A DNA stretch of 40,182 nucleotides, taken from Octopus bimaculoides. Its lineage: Eukaryota. The notes beneath the pieces are model-generated. The model ran no database searches, had not been told where the DNA came from, and was given only the letters and a program-made list of their open reading frames with translations. Below are positions 13,181 through 22,905 of this stretch, piece by piece. The stretch is taken from contig NC_068985.1 in the NCBI RefSeq assembly GCF_001194135.2, forward strand, positions 19,885,668 to 19,925,849. The letters are read 5' to 3'. Positions within the stretch are counted from its first letter, which is position 1, and the number at the start of each line of letters is the position of its first letter. Both the position numbers and the translations under genes were made by a program.

Positions 13181-14819
13181 TTTGTTTAACAAGTGTAAAT
13201 AATTATTTATGTGAGACTGTCTTATCTTTCTATTCATCATCAATGTTTAATGTCTACTTTTCTAATATTTGCATTAGCCAGACAATTTGTTGAGGCAGAT
13301 TTTTCTATTGCTGGATGCTTTTCCTGTTGCCAAACCTCACTTGTTTCAAAGGGGGGTAATATTTCACCATTGAAACCTGGAAATGAACATCATTGTTTGT
13401 ATGACATTGATGTTCATTTACAATTATCAAATGATATCAAGACAAGGGTACACCCCAAAATATATACATACTTGTATATAAATATTCAATGGGCTTCTTT
13501 CAGTTTCCATCTACCAGATCCACTTACAAGGTTTTGCTTTGCTTGGGGCTATAGTAGAAGACATTTGCCCAAGGTGCTATACAGTGAGACCGAACCCAAG
13601 TCTGCATAGTTGGAAAGCAAGGTTCTCAACCACACATCCATGCCTGCACCTATAGACACAGCTCTGAGAGTGCCAATAACTCTATAATACCTTGTTCTGA
13701 AAAGAATAAACATCAACTTAATCTACAATCTTAGTAAAACTCTGCTATTCTAAAGAAGGTCTTAATGGAATGAAGAAAATTAACTCAAAGCAAAGCCAAC
13801 TCCTGGAGATGACATCAGTTTTACTTGCCTGGTCCCTATTTTTTTTTTCTTATCTGTGAATGACCTGATAAGTGTGAGTGAGTAAAAGAAAGCATTGCAA
13901 AGGTATAATTCATCATCATCATCATTTAACATCTAGTTTCCATGCTGGCATGAGCTGGACAGTTTAATCAGAGCTGGTCAGCCAGAGAGGTGCACTGGGT
14001 TCCATTTGTCTGTTTCTATGGCTGGATGCCCTTCTTAACACCAACCACTTTACAGAGTGGACTGGGTGCTTTCTATGTGGCACTGACACAGGTGTTTTTA
14101 TATGAATGCATTTAACTGGTAATTGCAGTTTGCTCTTGTTGAGCTGCCTTATAATACAGGGGTAACCAGCTAAATACTCAGTGGTAGAGGAAGCATCTAA
14201 TTCAGAAGATTTCCATGACTAGATAGCTTGCCATAACAATACCGTCTTTGGAATAAAACCTTAAACCTGCCTCATTAATTTAACAGAGATTTCTTTGAAG
14301 GCAAGTTAGTCTGCTACATTAATTGGTGTATTGGCCCAGCTTGTTCTTGGATATTATTTTTGTTTTATCTGTTGCCTGGAGACATACTTAGATTACTTAG
14401 ATAAGTTTTAACCAAAGTTGGCCAAGCCATGTCTCATTTAATAGTACCACCTGGAAGAGATACACAGTCAGCTCTTGGGCACCATAGCCCGTTCAAGCAG
14501 AGAGTTATTGTTTTCAGAGGTGTATCCGGGTGTTGTATTTGTTGGAAGTAATCATCTAGGGATTGTTTGAATGCCGTGAAATCACTTTTCTCCTTTATGT
14601 AGGCTGGCATGATGTTGAAGAGAGCAGGGCCAGTTGAGGTGAAATAGTTCTGTTGTAGTGTTGTGATACAACACACACATGGTTTCTGTAGCGGATGGAT
14701 GGCACGGGGGCAATAATATACACACAATATATAGATATTCTATATTCCAGAATGTCTTAGATATAGTCTATGATCAGATTAAAACCATTCCACTTCAGTG
14801 ATACTGAGTTCTAGAAGTG

Positions 14820-14858
<39 letters not shown>

Positions 14859-16589
14859 CACACACACTTATACTCTCCACCTACACATTTCAATGATTGA
14901 CACTTTCCACCTAAATGTACAAAACTACATCTCATAATGCATGATGCCTATCTCTACACCACTTACTCCTGCAGCCTAATCTCACCATATCATCTTTCTG
15001 TCCTGTCCTCCTTCCATGTCATTACTATTCGGTCACTTCTCCCTCCATCTACTCTCTTCTGCATCTCTACCCTCCCGAATTCATGACTCTTCGGTCATTA
15101 TCTTTCAACCCTCCCTAACTTCTTTTACAAGTGCAGCCTACCACTTCATCTCCTCCTCTTCTGCTTCCCCTTAGAATCTTAAAATAATGCCACTTACTTG
15201 TACTTACCTTGAGCTTTGAGGGGCCACCTGGACACCGTCTCCTGCTGATTATTCTCTCCCTCTCCTACAAACTGAGTTACCATGCAGTTCTTGTACAAGA
15301 ACCTGCTCATACTCTTACCTCTTGCCCCATAGCATAACCCTCAACTCCTTTGGTATTCATAGTTTTGTGAGCTGCATTGTGATTTCAATAGTGCTGTTGG
15401 CATGATAAAAGCACCAAATACTTTCTGTAAAGTGACTGGTGTTAGGAAGGGCATCCGGTCACAGAAACCATACCAAAGCAGACATTGGAACATGATGCAT
15501 CTTTAGGCCCAATGGATCCTGTCAAACTGTCCAACCCATAGCAGCATGAAACATGGAGATTAAATTATGATGATGATTCTGTATGAGATCTACACCATTG
15601 TTATAAATGTATCTATATCATAGTTTTCATCTCTCATAATAACGTTGCTTTCAACTATCACTTTTAGGAAAGATCGTTTGCAGTCTGAGTTTTCCTTTCA
15701 CAATGCGAAAGGTAATAACACTCACGGATCATCTAATATACAAGGGATGTGGAAGTTACAACTCCAACAGTTCAAGAATGTTAGTTCTGATATTGCTAAT
15801 GCGATTGTTTTCCAATATCCTACACCAAAATCTTTGTTTGAGGTTAGTATCAAACAGTTTGATTTGTCAATGTCTACCATTCCTAGTATTCTGCATGTCT
15901 TGAGTGTGATATTGTAATTGGTATGTAATATTTATCAAACATACATTCTATAAATCTACACAACTGAAGCACACTCATTTTGTCTATCAGATAGTCTAGT
16001 AATACAGACAATAGAGAGTTCAAATAGAATTTTCTTTATTTTATATTTTTCCTTGGAGGTCATTAAAAAATATGCAGTGGGATCAAATTGTTTCATTAAG
16101 AAAGAATTAATTTTCTGGATAAAATTTATATTCAATATTTTTGCAAATGGTGTACTCTATATTTCCTGATTTTCTCAGGCATATGAAAAATGTTCCTCAG
16201 AGAAGGAAGGTATTAAAGTACTTGAAGATATTACGGTAAATATAAAACCAATTATTTGCTACTATTTTAAGTTTAAAAATGTTCTTATTCTGATTTCATG
16301 TCATTTTAATTTTATATAATTTTAGTTATTGTGGTGTACCTGAGTACTGTATGCAATAAGCTCATTATTATATTATTACATTTACATTTACATTTACATA
16401 TTTGGCCTCGTGACTGACATGAACGGATTAGATTTTGGGATCGATTCAGTACTGGACAAGGATTCTGGATTATTTTTCTGGTGTTTTTACTTAATTTTTG
16501 AGTGGTCAGGTTTATTTTTAGCATTCTTGTTTGTGAGAGCAGTCGAGTTTATTTCTGTTATTCTCATTTTAAAAAGTAACTGATTGATC

Positions 16590-16630
<41 letters not shown>

Positions 16631-17782
16631 ATCATTTAACACTCCAATTGTATAATATCTTAATGTAAGAATATGCTGTGTATTTCATGTGTGAAGTGTA
16701 GAAAACTGGAAGCTTGTTACATTGAGCGTGGCCGTTGCCAGTACCGTATGACTGGCCTTTGTGCCGGTGGCACGTAAAAGCACCCACTACACTCTCGGAG
16801 TGATAGGTGTTAGGAAGGGCATCCAGCTGTAGAAACTCTCCCAGATCAGATTGGAGCCTGGTGCAGCCTTCTGGCTTGCCAGTCCTCAGTCAAATCGTCC
16901 AACCCATGCTAGCATGGAAAGCGGACGTTAAACGATGATGATGTGTTTGTTTTGCAAGATTCTTGATATCAAATTGTGTGTTGTAACTTTTACATTTATA
17001 TATAGGTATGGTCATTTTGTCAATAAACACATGCACTATTTATTTGATCTTTAATTTAGCTTTATATTATTATTACCTCCGCCTTAGCAAAGGCGGAGGC
17101 TTTGTTTTCAGTCGCGTTTGTTTGTTTGTCTGTGGACAAGATATCTCAATAACTGCTGGATGGATTTTGATGAAACTTTTAAGGATATTTGGCCTCGTGA
17201 CTGACATGAACGGATTAGATTTTGGGATCGATCCAGTACTGGACAAGGATTCTGGATTATTTTTCTGGTGTTTTTACTTAATTTTTGAGTGGTCAGGTTT
17301 ATTTTTAGCATTCTTGTTTGTGAGAGCAGTCGAGTTTATTTCTGTTATTCTCATTTTAAAAATAATCTCTGGCTAATTGTTGAGAGGATGTTGGTGTTGC
17401 CTTTGGCGGAGATATGCCCTCTCTGAGTGCTCTTATTATTATTAGTTTATTCATCAGAATTCTTTGGTCACACATTCTGTGACCTCTTCAGTGACTATCT
17501 CCTCTTCTCTCTGTTCAAAATAGACAGGACAAGACCAGAGAAAAGAAGAAACACAAAGAACGGAAAGTCAATTAATAATAATAATAATAATAATAAAGCT
17601 AATGTGAAGATAAAATAAATAGTGTGTGTGTTTATTGGCAAAATGACCGTCCCCAAATATAACAATATGTTATTATTCAAATAGTAAAATATTGGTTTAT
17701 TTAACTGCTTTCAGTTATTGTAGATGAATGCCTTCATCTTTGTTTGAATAGCTTTATGAAATACATAAGTAACTGATTGATC

Positions 17783-17819
<37 letters not shown>

Positions 17820-20800
17820 ATCATTTAACACTCCAATTGTATAATATCTTAATGTAAGAATATGCTGTGTATTTCATGTGTGAAGTGTAGAAAACTGGAA
17901 GCTTNNNNNNNNNNNNNNNNNNNNNNNNNNNNNNNNNNNNNNNNNNNNNNNNNNNNNNNNNNNNNNNNNNNNNNNNNNNNNNNNNNNNNNNNNNNNNNNN
18001 NNNNNNNNNNNNNNNNNNNNNNNNNNNNNNNNNNNNNNNNNNNNNNNNNNNNNNNNNNNNNNNNNNNNNNNNNNNNNNNNNNNNNNNNNNNNNNNNNNNN
18101 NNNNNNNNNNNNNNNNNNNNNNNNNNNNNNNNNNNNNNNNNNNNNNNNNNNNNNNNNNNNNNNNNNNNNNNNNNNNNNNNNNNNNNNNNNNNNNNNNNNN
18201 NNNNNNNNNNNNNNNNNNNNNNNNNNNNNNNNNNNNNNNNNNNGCCGTTAGTCGAGCAAATCGACCCCAGGCCTTATTCTTTGTAAGCCTAGTACTTATT
18301 CTATCGGTCTCTTTTGCTGAACTGCTAGGTTACGGGGACATAAACACACCAGCATCGGTTGTCAGGCGATGTTGGGGGGACAAACACAGACACACATACA
18401 TATATACGACGGGCTTCTTTCAGTTTCCGTCTACCAAATCCACTCACAAGGCTTTGGTCGGCCCAAGGCTATAGTAGAAGACACTTGCCCAAGGTGCCAT
18501 GCAGTGGGAATGAACCCGGGACCATGTGGTTGGTAAGCAAGCTACTTACCACACAGCCACTCCTGCACCTATATATAAATTTATATCAAGATATACTTTA
18601 ATGAAAATGTGAAACATATCCATTAGTAAAATATAAAAATGGGCTACTTTTGTGAATTATTTTTTTAAAAATGTATCCATACTAAACTCTCTTCACTTGG
18701 AAGTAGTTGAAAACTACCAAACTGCCTAAGGTATTGAAAGGAAAGGAAACCATGTTCAATTAGCAAATGTGTGGATACAGCATATATTTTAATAGTAAAC
18801 ATAACTGACAAGAATTATAGCAAAAAAAAAAAATCAATAGCCTTTGCTAATTGGAATAATATAATTGGCAGTTGCATAGTTTTAAAAAGAAACAGCTGTA
18901 TATACAATTCAGTTTTTGGTTGAGCTAATTCATTAAACTTCTTTCTTGCTGAATTAGTCAACATTTTTGACTTAAAATTTCTTCTTTCTATTCCTTGGCA
19001 CAACTGATATATCTTTGTTTTATATTTTTTTTTCTCTCATTTTAGTTACAGTACAAGAAATTGATATAGAAATATTGCTGAGGTGTTTGTAATGAGGATG
19101 AGATGTTTGGGTGTTGCTCACATGTTTGACATCGGACATTTGAACCCTTTAACATTCAGATTATTCTATCAAATATAATGCTTATTTATTCATTGTTTTA
19201 AATTAATCATGCATTATCCTGTAACTTTGAGATTTTGATGATAATCATCATCCATCATCATTTAGTGTCTGTTTTCCATGCTAGCATGGGTTAGATGGTT
19301 TGACTGGAACTGGTAAGCTATACCAGGCTCCTGTCTGGTTTTGCTTGGTTTCTACAGCTGGATGCCCTTCCTTAATGTTAATCACTTCAAGAGCGTTGTG
19401 GATGCCTTTTATGTCTCCTCAAGCATAGCAAAAAACCAAAGGTCTTGTGCATCTGTCATTGTCTCTGTGAAACTCAACATCTGAAAATCATGCTTCACAA
19501 TCTGGGTCTTCTACAGGTTCCCTTCACATTTAGAGATTGGTACTTCTTTATGCAGCTGACCTCAGCCATTTTTTAGAATGACATTGTAGGATAGTATGTT
19601 CACTGTTTATATTAGTCAAACTCATGTCCTCATCTTTATTGTTGCTTTCGCTATGTTTTTGGCTGGTGTACATTTCAGCTTTCTTTAGGTGTCTTGTGAT
19701 TCACCTTAGTGCATTGCCTGGGATTGAACTCAGAACCTTCAGGCAACTGCACTGCATTAACCAATGCCTTTATCCACTATGCTATGCCTGTAGGTAGTGT
19801 CAGACTGAAATTTTAAGGCTTATAAATCTCCATCGATGCCTTATGGTGGCTCTGTACTGATTGGACAATACAATTCTTTATTTCTGAGATAAAGAATCTA
19901 TATTATGTGCACTCTCTTTTACTTGTTTCAGTCATTTGACTGTGGTTATGCTGGAGCACTGCCTTTAGTCCAGCAAATCGACCCCAGGACTTATTCTTTG
20001 TAAGCCTAGTACTTATTCTATCGGTCTCTTTTTACCGAACCGCTAAGTTACGGGGACGTAAACACACCAGCATCGGTTGTCAAGCGATGGTGGGGGGACA
20101 AACACAGACACACATACAAATATATATATATATATATATATACGACGAGCTTCTTTCAGTTTCCATCTACCAAATCCACTCACAAGGCTTTTGTCGGCCC
20201 GAGGCTATAGTAGAAGACACTTGCCCAAGGTGCCACGCAGTGGGACTGAACCCGGAACCATGTGGTTCGTAAGCAAGCTACTTACCACACAGCCACTCCT
20301 ACACCTATATATATTTTTTATTCATATTTTGCAGAAGTAACATACGTTAGTCAGACCAGTGTCTTCATCTTGATGGTTGCTTTCACTAAATTTCTCATCT
20401 CAGAAAGATAAAATTGTATTGTAGAATAGGTGTGAGGGGCTGGAACTGGCAAGTTTGAGCACAAAACATGTAGAGTATTTGGGCCCGATATGTCCAGTTT
20501 AAATGCTAAAGGGTTAATGTTCTTTTCCTTTGCTCCCCTCTTCTCCCTGTTGATGTGTGTGAGCCTATTTCTCTGACAAAAGGGAAAGATGTTTGCATCA
20601 CTCATGTTCAATAAATAAATTGTAATGTATCGCTTGCTCTTCCTTTCTATTTGTATGTTTCTGCGCACATAAGCTTGTGCGTATGTGTTTGCCTTCAGCA
20701 CCAAAACATTCTGAATGCCCAGTCAGCTGTACCAAGTTATCTGTATCCAAACAGCTGCACCAAATCGTTTCATTCGGGTTAGCAGCATACATTGAATATG

Positions 20801-20960
20801 TGCCTTTCTAAATATAAATATCTTAAGCTTCTCTGTTTTGATTTTCCAGGTAAGGAGACATGCTGGTGTGTTGCAATCAACCAAGCGAATAGGTAAAGAA
20901 GCTGCACGGAGAATTTATCAGCTCATGACATCAAAAGATCCAAATTTATTGTTAAAATAA
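120..20960 (+). CDS. EME1: Crossover junction endonuclease EME1, 5'-truncated; exons 120-290, 3227-3319, 6113-6228, 9307-9388, 10233-10348, 15668-15842, 16179-16235, 20850-20960
   Basis: All introns are GT-AG and phases (0,0,2,0,2,0,0) give 921 nt open to TAA. The translation matches EME1 landmarks as I recall them: MTVVIDP..IESQFMPYVVSWKR; RLSIEEAFLTLQL; FTKAVGEKP; WKLQLQQFKNVSSDIANAIVFQYPTPKSL; VRRHAGVLQSTKRIGKEAARRIY (human [23 protein letters not shown]). The start codon lies upstream of the window. Confidence 0.95.
458..818 (+). mobile_element. tRNA-derived SINE, family A (head + microsatellite + tail)
   Basis: ggttcagtcccactg B-box region, ttgggcaactgtcttctactatagcc core, tail ending gactgaagcaagtaaaaga. 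Confidence 0.85.
853..1360 (+). mobile_element. tRNA-derived SINE family A with long (TA)n(TG)n
   Basis: Homologous to the other family A copies in the window. Confidence 0.9.
1446..1592 (+). mobile_element. Degenerate SINE A head
   Basis: gcaggtatggctgtgt...agaagctt...tcttctatagc. Confidence 0.55.
1690..1935 (+). mobile_element. RTE-clade LINE C-terminal fragment (degraded)
   Basis: RWTCAVVVWYPCKWKRPLGRSPIMWEDDLGKVFGTMWRRMAR resembles the RTE RWT..V.EW.P...KR..GRP..RW.DD motif. Confidence 0.7.
2183..2400 (+). mobile_element. tRNA-derived SINE family B (Deu/Nin-like central motif)
   Basis: ttgagttcaaat B-box, gcctgttatccttttggg..aaaataagcactagttgaatactgaggtcgat; domain name recalled, not verified. 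Confidence 0.75.
3227..3319 (+). CDS. EME1: EME1 exon (VKTWNLDVDEK...HFKT)
   Basis: tcttcag acceptor, gtaaaa donor, 93 nt. Confidence 0.9.
3950..4400 (+). mobile_element. RTE (BovB-like) LINE 3' fragment
   Basis: QLRWAGHVSHMDKSRMPKGIFYSEF translation. Confidence 0.8.
4524..4732 (+). mobile_element. RTE 3'-UTR-type repeat (family C) ending in (GAT)n
   Basis: gtaaaagcaccc..ggaagggcatcca.ctgtagaaac..ccaacccatgccagcatggaaag..gatgatgat. Confidence 0.9.
4797..4990 (+). mobile_element. SINE family B
   Basis: gggtcgataaaatgagtacgagttgaacactggggtcg; homologous to 2183-2400. Confidence 0.8.
5230..6055 (+). mobile_element. Penelope-like element 3' part: GIY-YIG endonuclease pseudo-ORF plus terminal region with tRNA-like segment and hammerhead core
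   Basis: CMYSIPCSCGRLYKGETCHPFKIRVDEHRKAV*..KSSIADHVW..WDEAKIMDREHHWKIRKLKEA (PLE GIY-YIG, with stops); CTGATGA at 5970. Confidence 0.85.
6113..6228 (+). CDS. EME1: EME1 exon (NSMAMSNV...IGS)
   Basis: aaacag acceptor, gtaagt donor, 116 nt, ends in phase 2. Confidence 0.88.
7305..7562 (+). repeat. About 10 degenerate copies of a ~26-bp minisatellite (tggtgccatgtaaaaagcacctgtgc)
   Basis: Units read directly. Confidence 0.85.
7550..7750 (+). mobile_element. Family C repeat
   Basis: aaaagcacccagtacactctgtaaagtgg..aggaagggca..(GAT)n. Confidence 0.85.
8391..8530 (+). mobile_element. Penelope-type terminal remnant with hammerhead core, preceded by a 30-bp tandem duplication
   Basis: CTGAGGA-a-GTCT-ta-AGAC-GAAAC at 8451-8473; 8391-8420 and 8421-8450 differ at one base. 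Confidence 0.6.
8712..9130 (+). mobile_element. SINE family D (family A head + RTE-like tail)
   Basis: A-type head to 8880, (TG)n, then tail ggaaatattac..aaaatctgc..catgcaagcatggaaaag. Confidence 0.8.
9307..9388 (+). CDS. EME1: EME1 exon (QVSKRSG...RLSIEE)
   Basis: tttcttaccag-type acceptor, gtttgt donor, 82 nt, restores the frame. Confidence 0.88.
9450..9735 (+). mobile_element. Headless family D tail starting at (TG)n
   Basis: Homologous to 8880-9130. Confidence 0.75.
10233..10348 (+). CDS. EME1: EME1 exon (AFLTLQL...FTKAVGEKPG)
   Basis: ccattgcag acceptor, gtaaga donor, 116 nt. Confidence 0.92.
10466..10640 (+). mobile_element. SINE A head fragment
   Basis: ttgcttgccaaccacatggtcttgagttca..ttgggcaagtgtcttc. 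Confidence 0.75.
10880..11050 (+). mobile_element. Penelope-type terminal repeat with variant hammerhead
   Basis: ctttCTGTTGAaGAGCatagGCTCGAAA; homologous to 27290-27447 on the - strand. Confidence 0.6.
11072..11875 (+). mobile_element. RTE LINE 3' end (ORF C-terminus, assembly gap, family C 3' UTR)
   Basis: MLRWMCNV..LREKLNIRSISCGVQERRLHWYGHVVRMDEDSCVKKC before the gap; family C tail after it. Confidence 0.85.
11283..11639. other. Assembly gap
   Basis: N run. Confidence 1.
11885..12155 (+). mobile_element. Family D tail
   Basis: Homologous to 9450-9735. Confidence 0.75.
12182..12582 (+). mobile_element. SINE family A
   Basis: Full head, microsatellite and tail. Confidence 0.85.
13220..13655 (-). 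mobile_element. SINE family D
   Basis: A head at 13490-13655 and D tail at 13220-13380, both reverse strand. Confidence 0.7.
13915..14095 (-). mobile_element. Family C repeat
   Basis: (CAT)n..tttccatgctggcatg..ggatgcccttc. Confidence 0.8.
14430..14730 (-). mobile_element. CR1/L2-group-like LINE C-terminal fragment
   Basis: NYFTSTGPALFNIMPAYIKEKSDFTAFKQSLDDYFQQIQHP resembles the F...G.RLFN.LP..I......FK..LD.F motif; clade uncertain. Confidence 0.65.
15395..15578 (+). mobile_element. Family C repeat
   Basis: ttaggaagggcatccgg..ccaacccatagcagcatg..gatgat. Confidence 0.75.
15668..15842 (+). CDS. EME1: EME1 exon (KDRLQSEF...PKSLFE), start of the HhH2 region
   Basis: cttttag acceptor, gttagt donor, 175 nt. 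Confidence 0.95.
16179..16235 (+). CDS. EME1: EME1 exon (AYEKCSSEKEGIKVLEDIT)
   Basis: tttctcag acceptor, gtaaat donor, 57 nt. Confidence 0.93.
16722..16942 (+). mobile_element. Young family C repeat
   Basis: Near-identical to 39905-40140; CpGs retained. Confidence 0.9.
17074..17434 (+). mobile_element. Helentron-associated non-autonomous element (HINE-like)
   Basis: 5' hairpin CCTCCGCCT-tagcaa-AGGCGGAGG, (GTTT)n, 3' subterminal TTGGCGGAG plus short 3' stem GCCCTCTCTGAGTGC, inserted in a (TAT)n run. Confidence 0.7.
17905..18243. other. Assembly gap
   Basis: N run. Confidence 1.
18244..18569 (-). mobile_element. SINE family A (tail cut by the gap)
   Basis: Near-identical to 19913-20305. 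Confidence 0.9.
19250..19400 (-). mobile_element. Family C repeat
   Basis: ttttccatgctagcatggg..gctggatgcccttcc. Confidence 0.75.
19625..19790 (-). mobile_element. Degenerate tRNA-like head plus Penelope-type terminal (same family as 5820-6055)
   Basis: Reverse complement ggcatagcatagtggat..gagttcaatcccaggca..caagacacctaaagaaagctg..cagcc..gatgagga aligns by eye with 5820-6030. Confidence 0.55.
19913..20305 (-). mobile_element. Full-length young SINE family A
   Basis: Intact head, (TA)n and tail. Confidence 0.92.
20850..20960 (+). CDS. EME1: EME1 terminal exon (VRRHAG...PNLLLK*)
   Basis: ttttccag acceptor, TAA at 20958-20960. Confidence 0.95.
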   Translation, partial: VRRHAGVLQSTKRIGKEAARRIYQLMTSKDPNLLLK

Positions 20961-21080
20961 ATCCTTTTAGGCTTATTTTTACAATGTATTTTTTAAAAAA
21001 TTAAATATATCCGTTTTTAACCGTTTCTCCAGACTTGAACTAAAATTGTTTTTGTTTAGCCTCATATTAGTCCTGTTTGA

Positions 21081-21567
21081 GTGGAGGCGCAATGGCCCAG
21101 TGGTTAGGGCAGCGGACTCGCGGTTTTGATTCCCAGACCGGGCGTTGTGAGTGTTTATTGAGCGAAGACACCTAAAGCTCCACGCGGCTCTGGCAGGGGA
21201 TGGTGGCGAACCCTTTTTTAGTATGTTCAGTTTTTAAACACCATATAGAAATGGAACACAAGCTAAATAAAGTTATTTAGCTCCAGGCAATGCTAGCTGG
21301 AGCAGAGTTTATGATCAAAGCTATTTCAGCTATTGACCATCCTGCCTTTTTAGAGATATGTACACTCTTACTTCTTGTTTCTGTTGTGCCTGTAATTCAA
21401 AGGGTCAGCCTTGTCACACTGTGTCACGCTGAATATCCCCGAGAACTACGTTAAGGGTACACGTGTCTGTGGAGTGCTCAGCCACTTGCACGTTAATTTC
21501 ACGAGCAGGCTGTTCCGTTGATCGGATCAACTGGAACCCTCGACGTCGTAAGCGACAGAGTGCCAAT
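21081..21567 (+). mobile_element. tRNA-derived SINE family E, interrupted by a 152-bp foreign insert
   Basis: ggcccagtggttagg A box, ttgattccc B box; body resumes at 21365 and matches 28945-29025 and 30205-30484. Confidence 0.85.
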
Positions 21568-22119
21568 AAATAATAAGTCCTGTTTGGATAGACCTATATA
21601 GTCAAAGATGTTCCAACAATGACCATCCCATCCATTCTGAAGCATTATATTATCCAGCCTCCTTTTTTTTTTTTTTAAGTCAGTAAGGTATATCTGAGGA
21701 ATATTTGACTGCTATCTCTTGCAGTACAAGTAATACATGGAGGATCTCTTGTTTAACTAAAATTGTTTAGTCCCAGGTCAGCCCTGATTAGATATACTCA
21801 TGGTCAAAAATATTCCAGTTGTGAACATCCTGTTTTTTTTCTTGGAGGTAGGGGTTATCCTATACTACATTATCTCATGTGTCCTTCTGTTTTTTTAAAG
21901 TCAGTTGGATGTGATTGAAGGAGATTTGGCTGTTATATCTAGGAGGTTAAGTGACCACATACAGGTACCTTTATTGATGCATTTAACAAAAGTATGAGAA
22001 AAGGCAAGATGATCACCTTATGTAGGCATTAATACCAATTAAACTACATTCATTTTGAATATTTCATTAGTTTTTATAAGGTACTGCTATAAATTTTAGC
22101 TATTTGAGACTAATGCTGA

Positions 22120-22445
22120 AACCCCCTTTGGTCATGACTGACCATGGGATTGCACCTAGAAAGTTCCCTTCCAAGGTACAAGTCCGGGAAAGGTTGTTTA
22201 TGGAAGACCAGCAGTCACCCATGCATACCGGTCTCCCCTCTCCATGCCACCAGTGTTATCCAAGGGAAAGGCAAAGACCGATGCAGCTTGGCACCTGTGA
22301 CGTCTCAACTCATTTCTACAGCTGAGTTAACTGGAGCAACGTGAAATAAAGTGTCTTGCTCAAGAACACAACATGCAGCCCAGTCTGGGATTCGAACTCA
22401 CGATCGTAAGCTCGACGCTCTAACCACTGAGCCCTGCGCCTTCAC
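22120..22445 (-). mobile_element. tRNA-derived SINE family F
   Basis: Reverse tRNA head (ctaaccactgagcc, gggattcgaactc) and core gtgtcttgctcaagaacacaac shared with family E. Confidence 0.8.
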
Positions 22446-22721
22446 ATTAAGACTAATATTATCCTAAAAAAAAAAAAAAAAGAGGGTTTGTATATTTGTA
22501 TATTTGTAAAAAAATATATAAAAATCAAATTGTTTTTAGAAGTAGATAAAGCTATAAATATTAGGATAAAAAGTCAAAGGCTGTCTGTTGGACTTGAACC
22601 CATATCTATGAACTTTTTCTAAATGTTTACAGATGTGGGTTCAAGTTAAAAGGGCAGCCTTCAATTTTTTTTCATCCAAGTGTTTTTTTAACCCAGTATT
22701 ATTTATAGGTTTTTTCTTCAC

Positions 22722-22905
22722 GCTCATTATTATCATTATCCTTTAACGTCTGTTTTCCATGCTGGTATGGGTTGGATGGTTTGATCTGAGCTGACAAGCA
22801 GAAGAGCTGCACCGGGCTCCAATCTGATTTGGCTTGGTTTCTACAGCTGGATGCCCTTCTTAATGCCAACCACTTTATAAAGTGTACCGAGTACCTTTTA
22901 TGTAG
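22722..22905 (-). mobile_element. Family C repeat
   Basis: ttttccatgctggtatggg..gctggatgcccttc. Confidence 0.85.

Noticed and set aside
19046-19082. Extra EME1 exon (good pyrimidine tract, tttag acceptor, gag|gtgttt donor)
   Set aside because: It has an in-frame TAG in the required phase 0, and the protein aligns without it. A poison exon cannot be excluded without RNA data.
18359-20340. ORFs reading RRASFSFRLPNPLTRLWSA.GYSRRHLPKVP (also at 12170, 13211, 20077, 33923)
   Set aside because: They are the antisense translation of the SINE A head, repeated at every copy; not genes.
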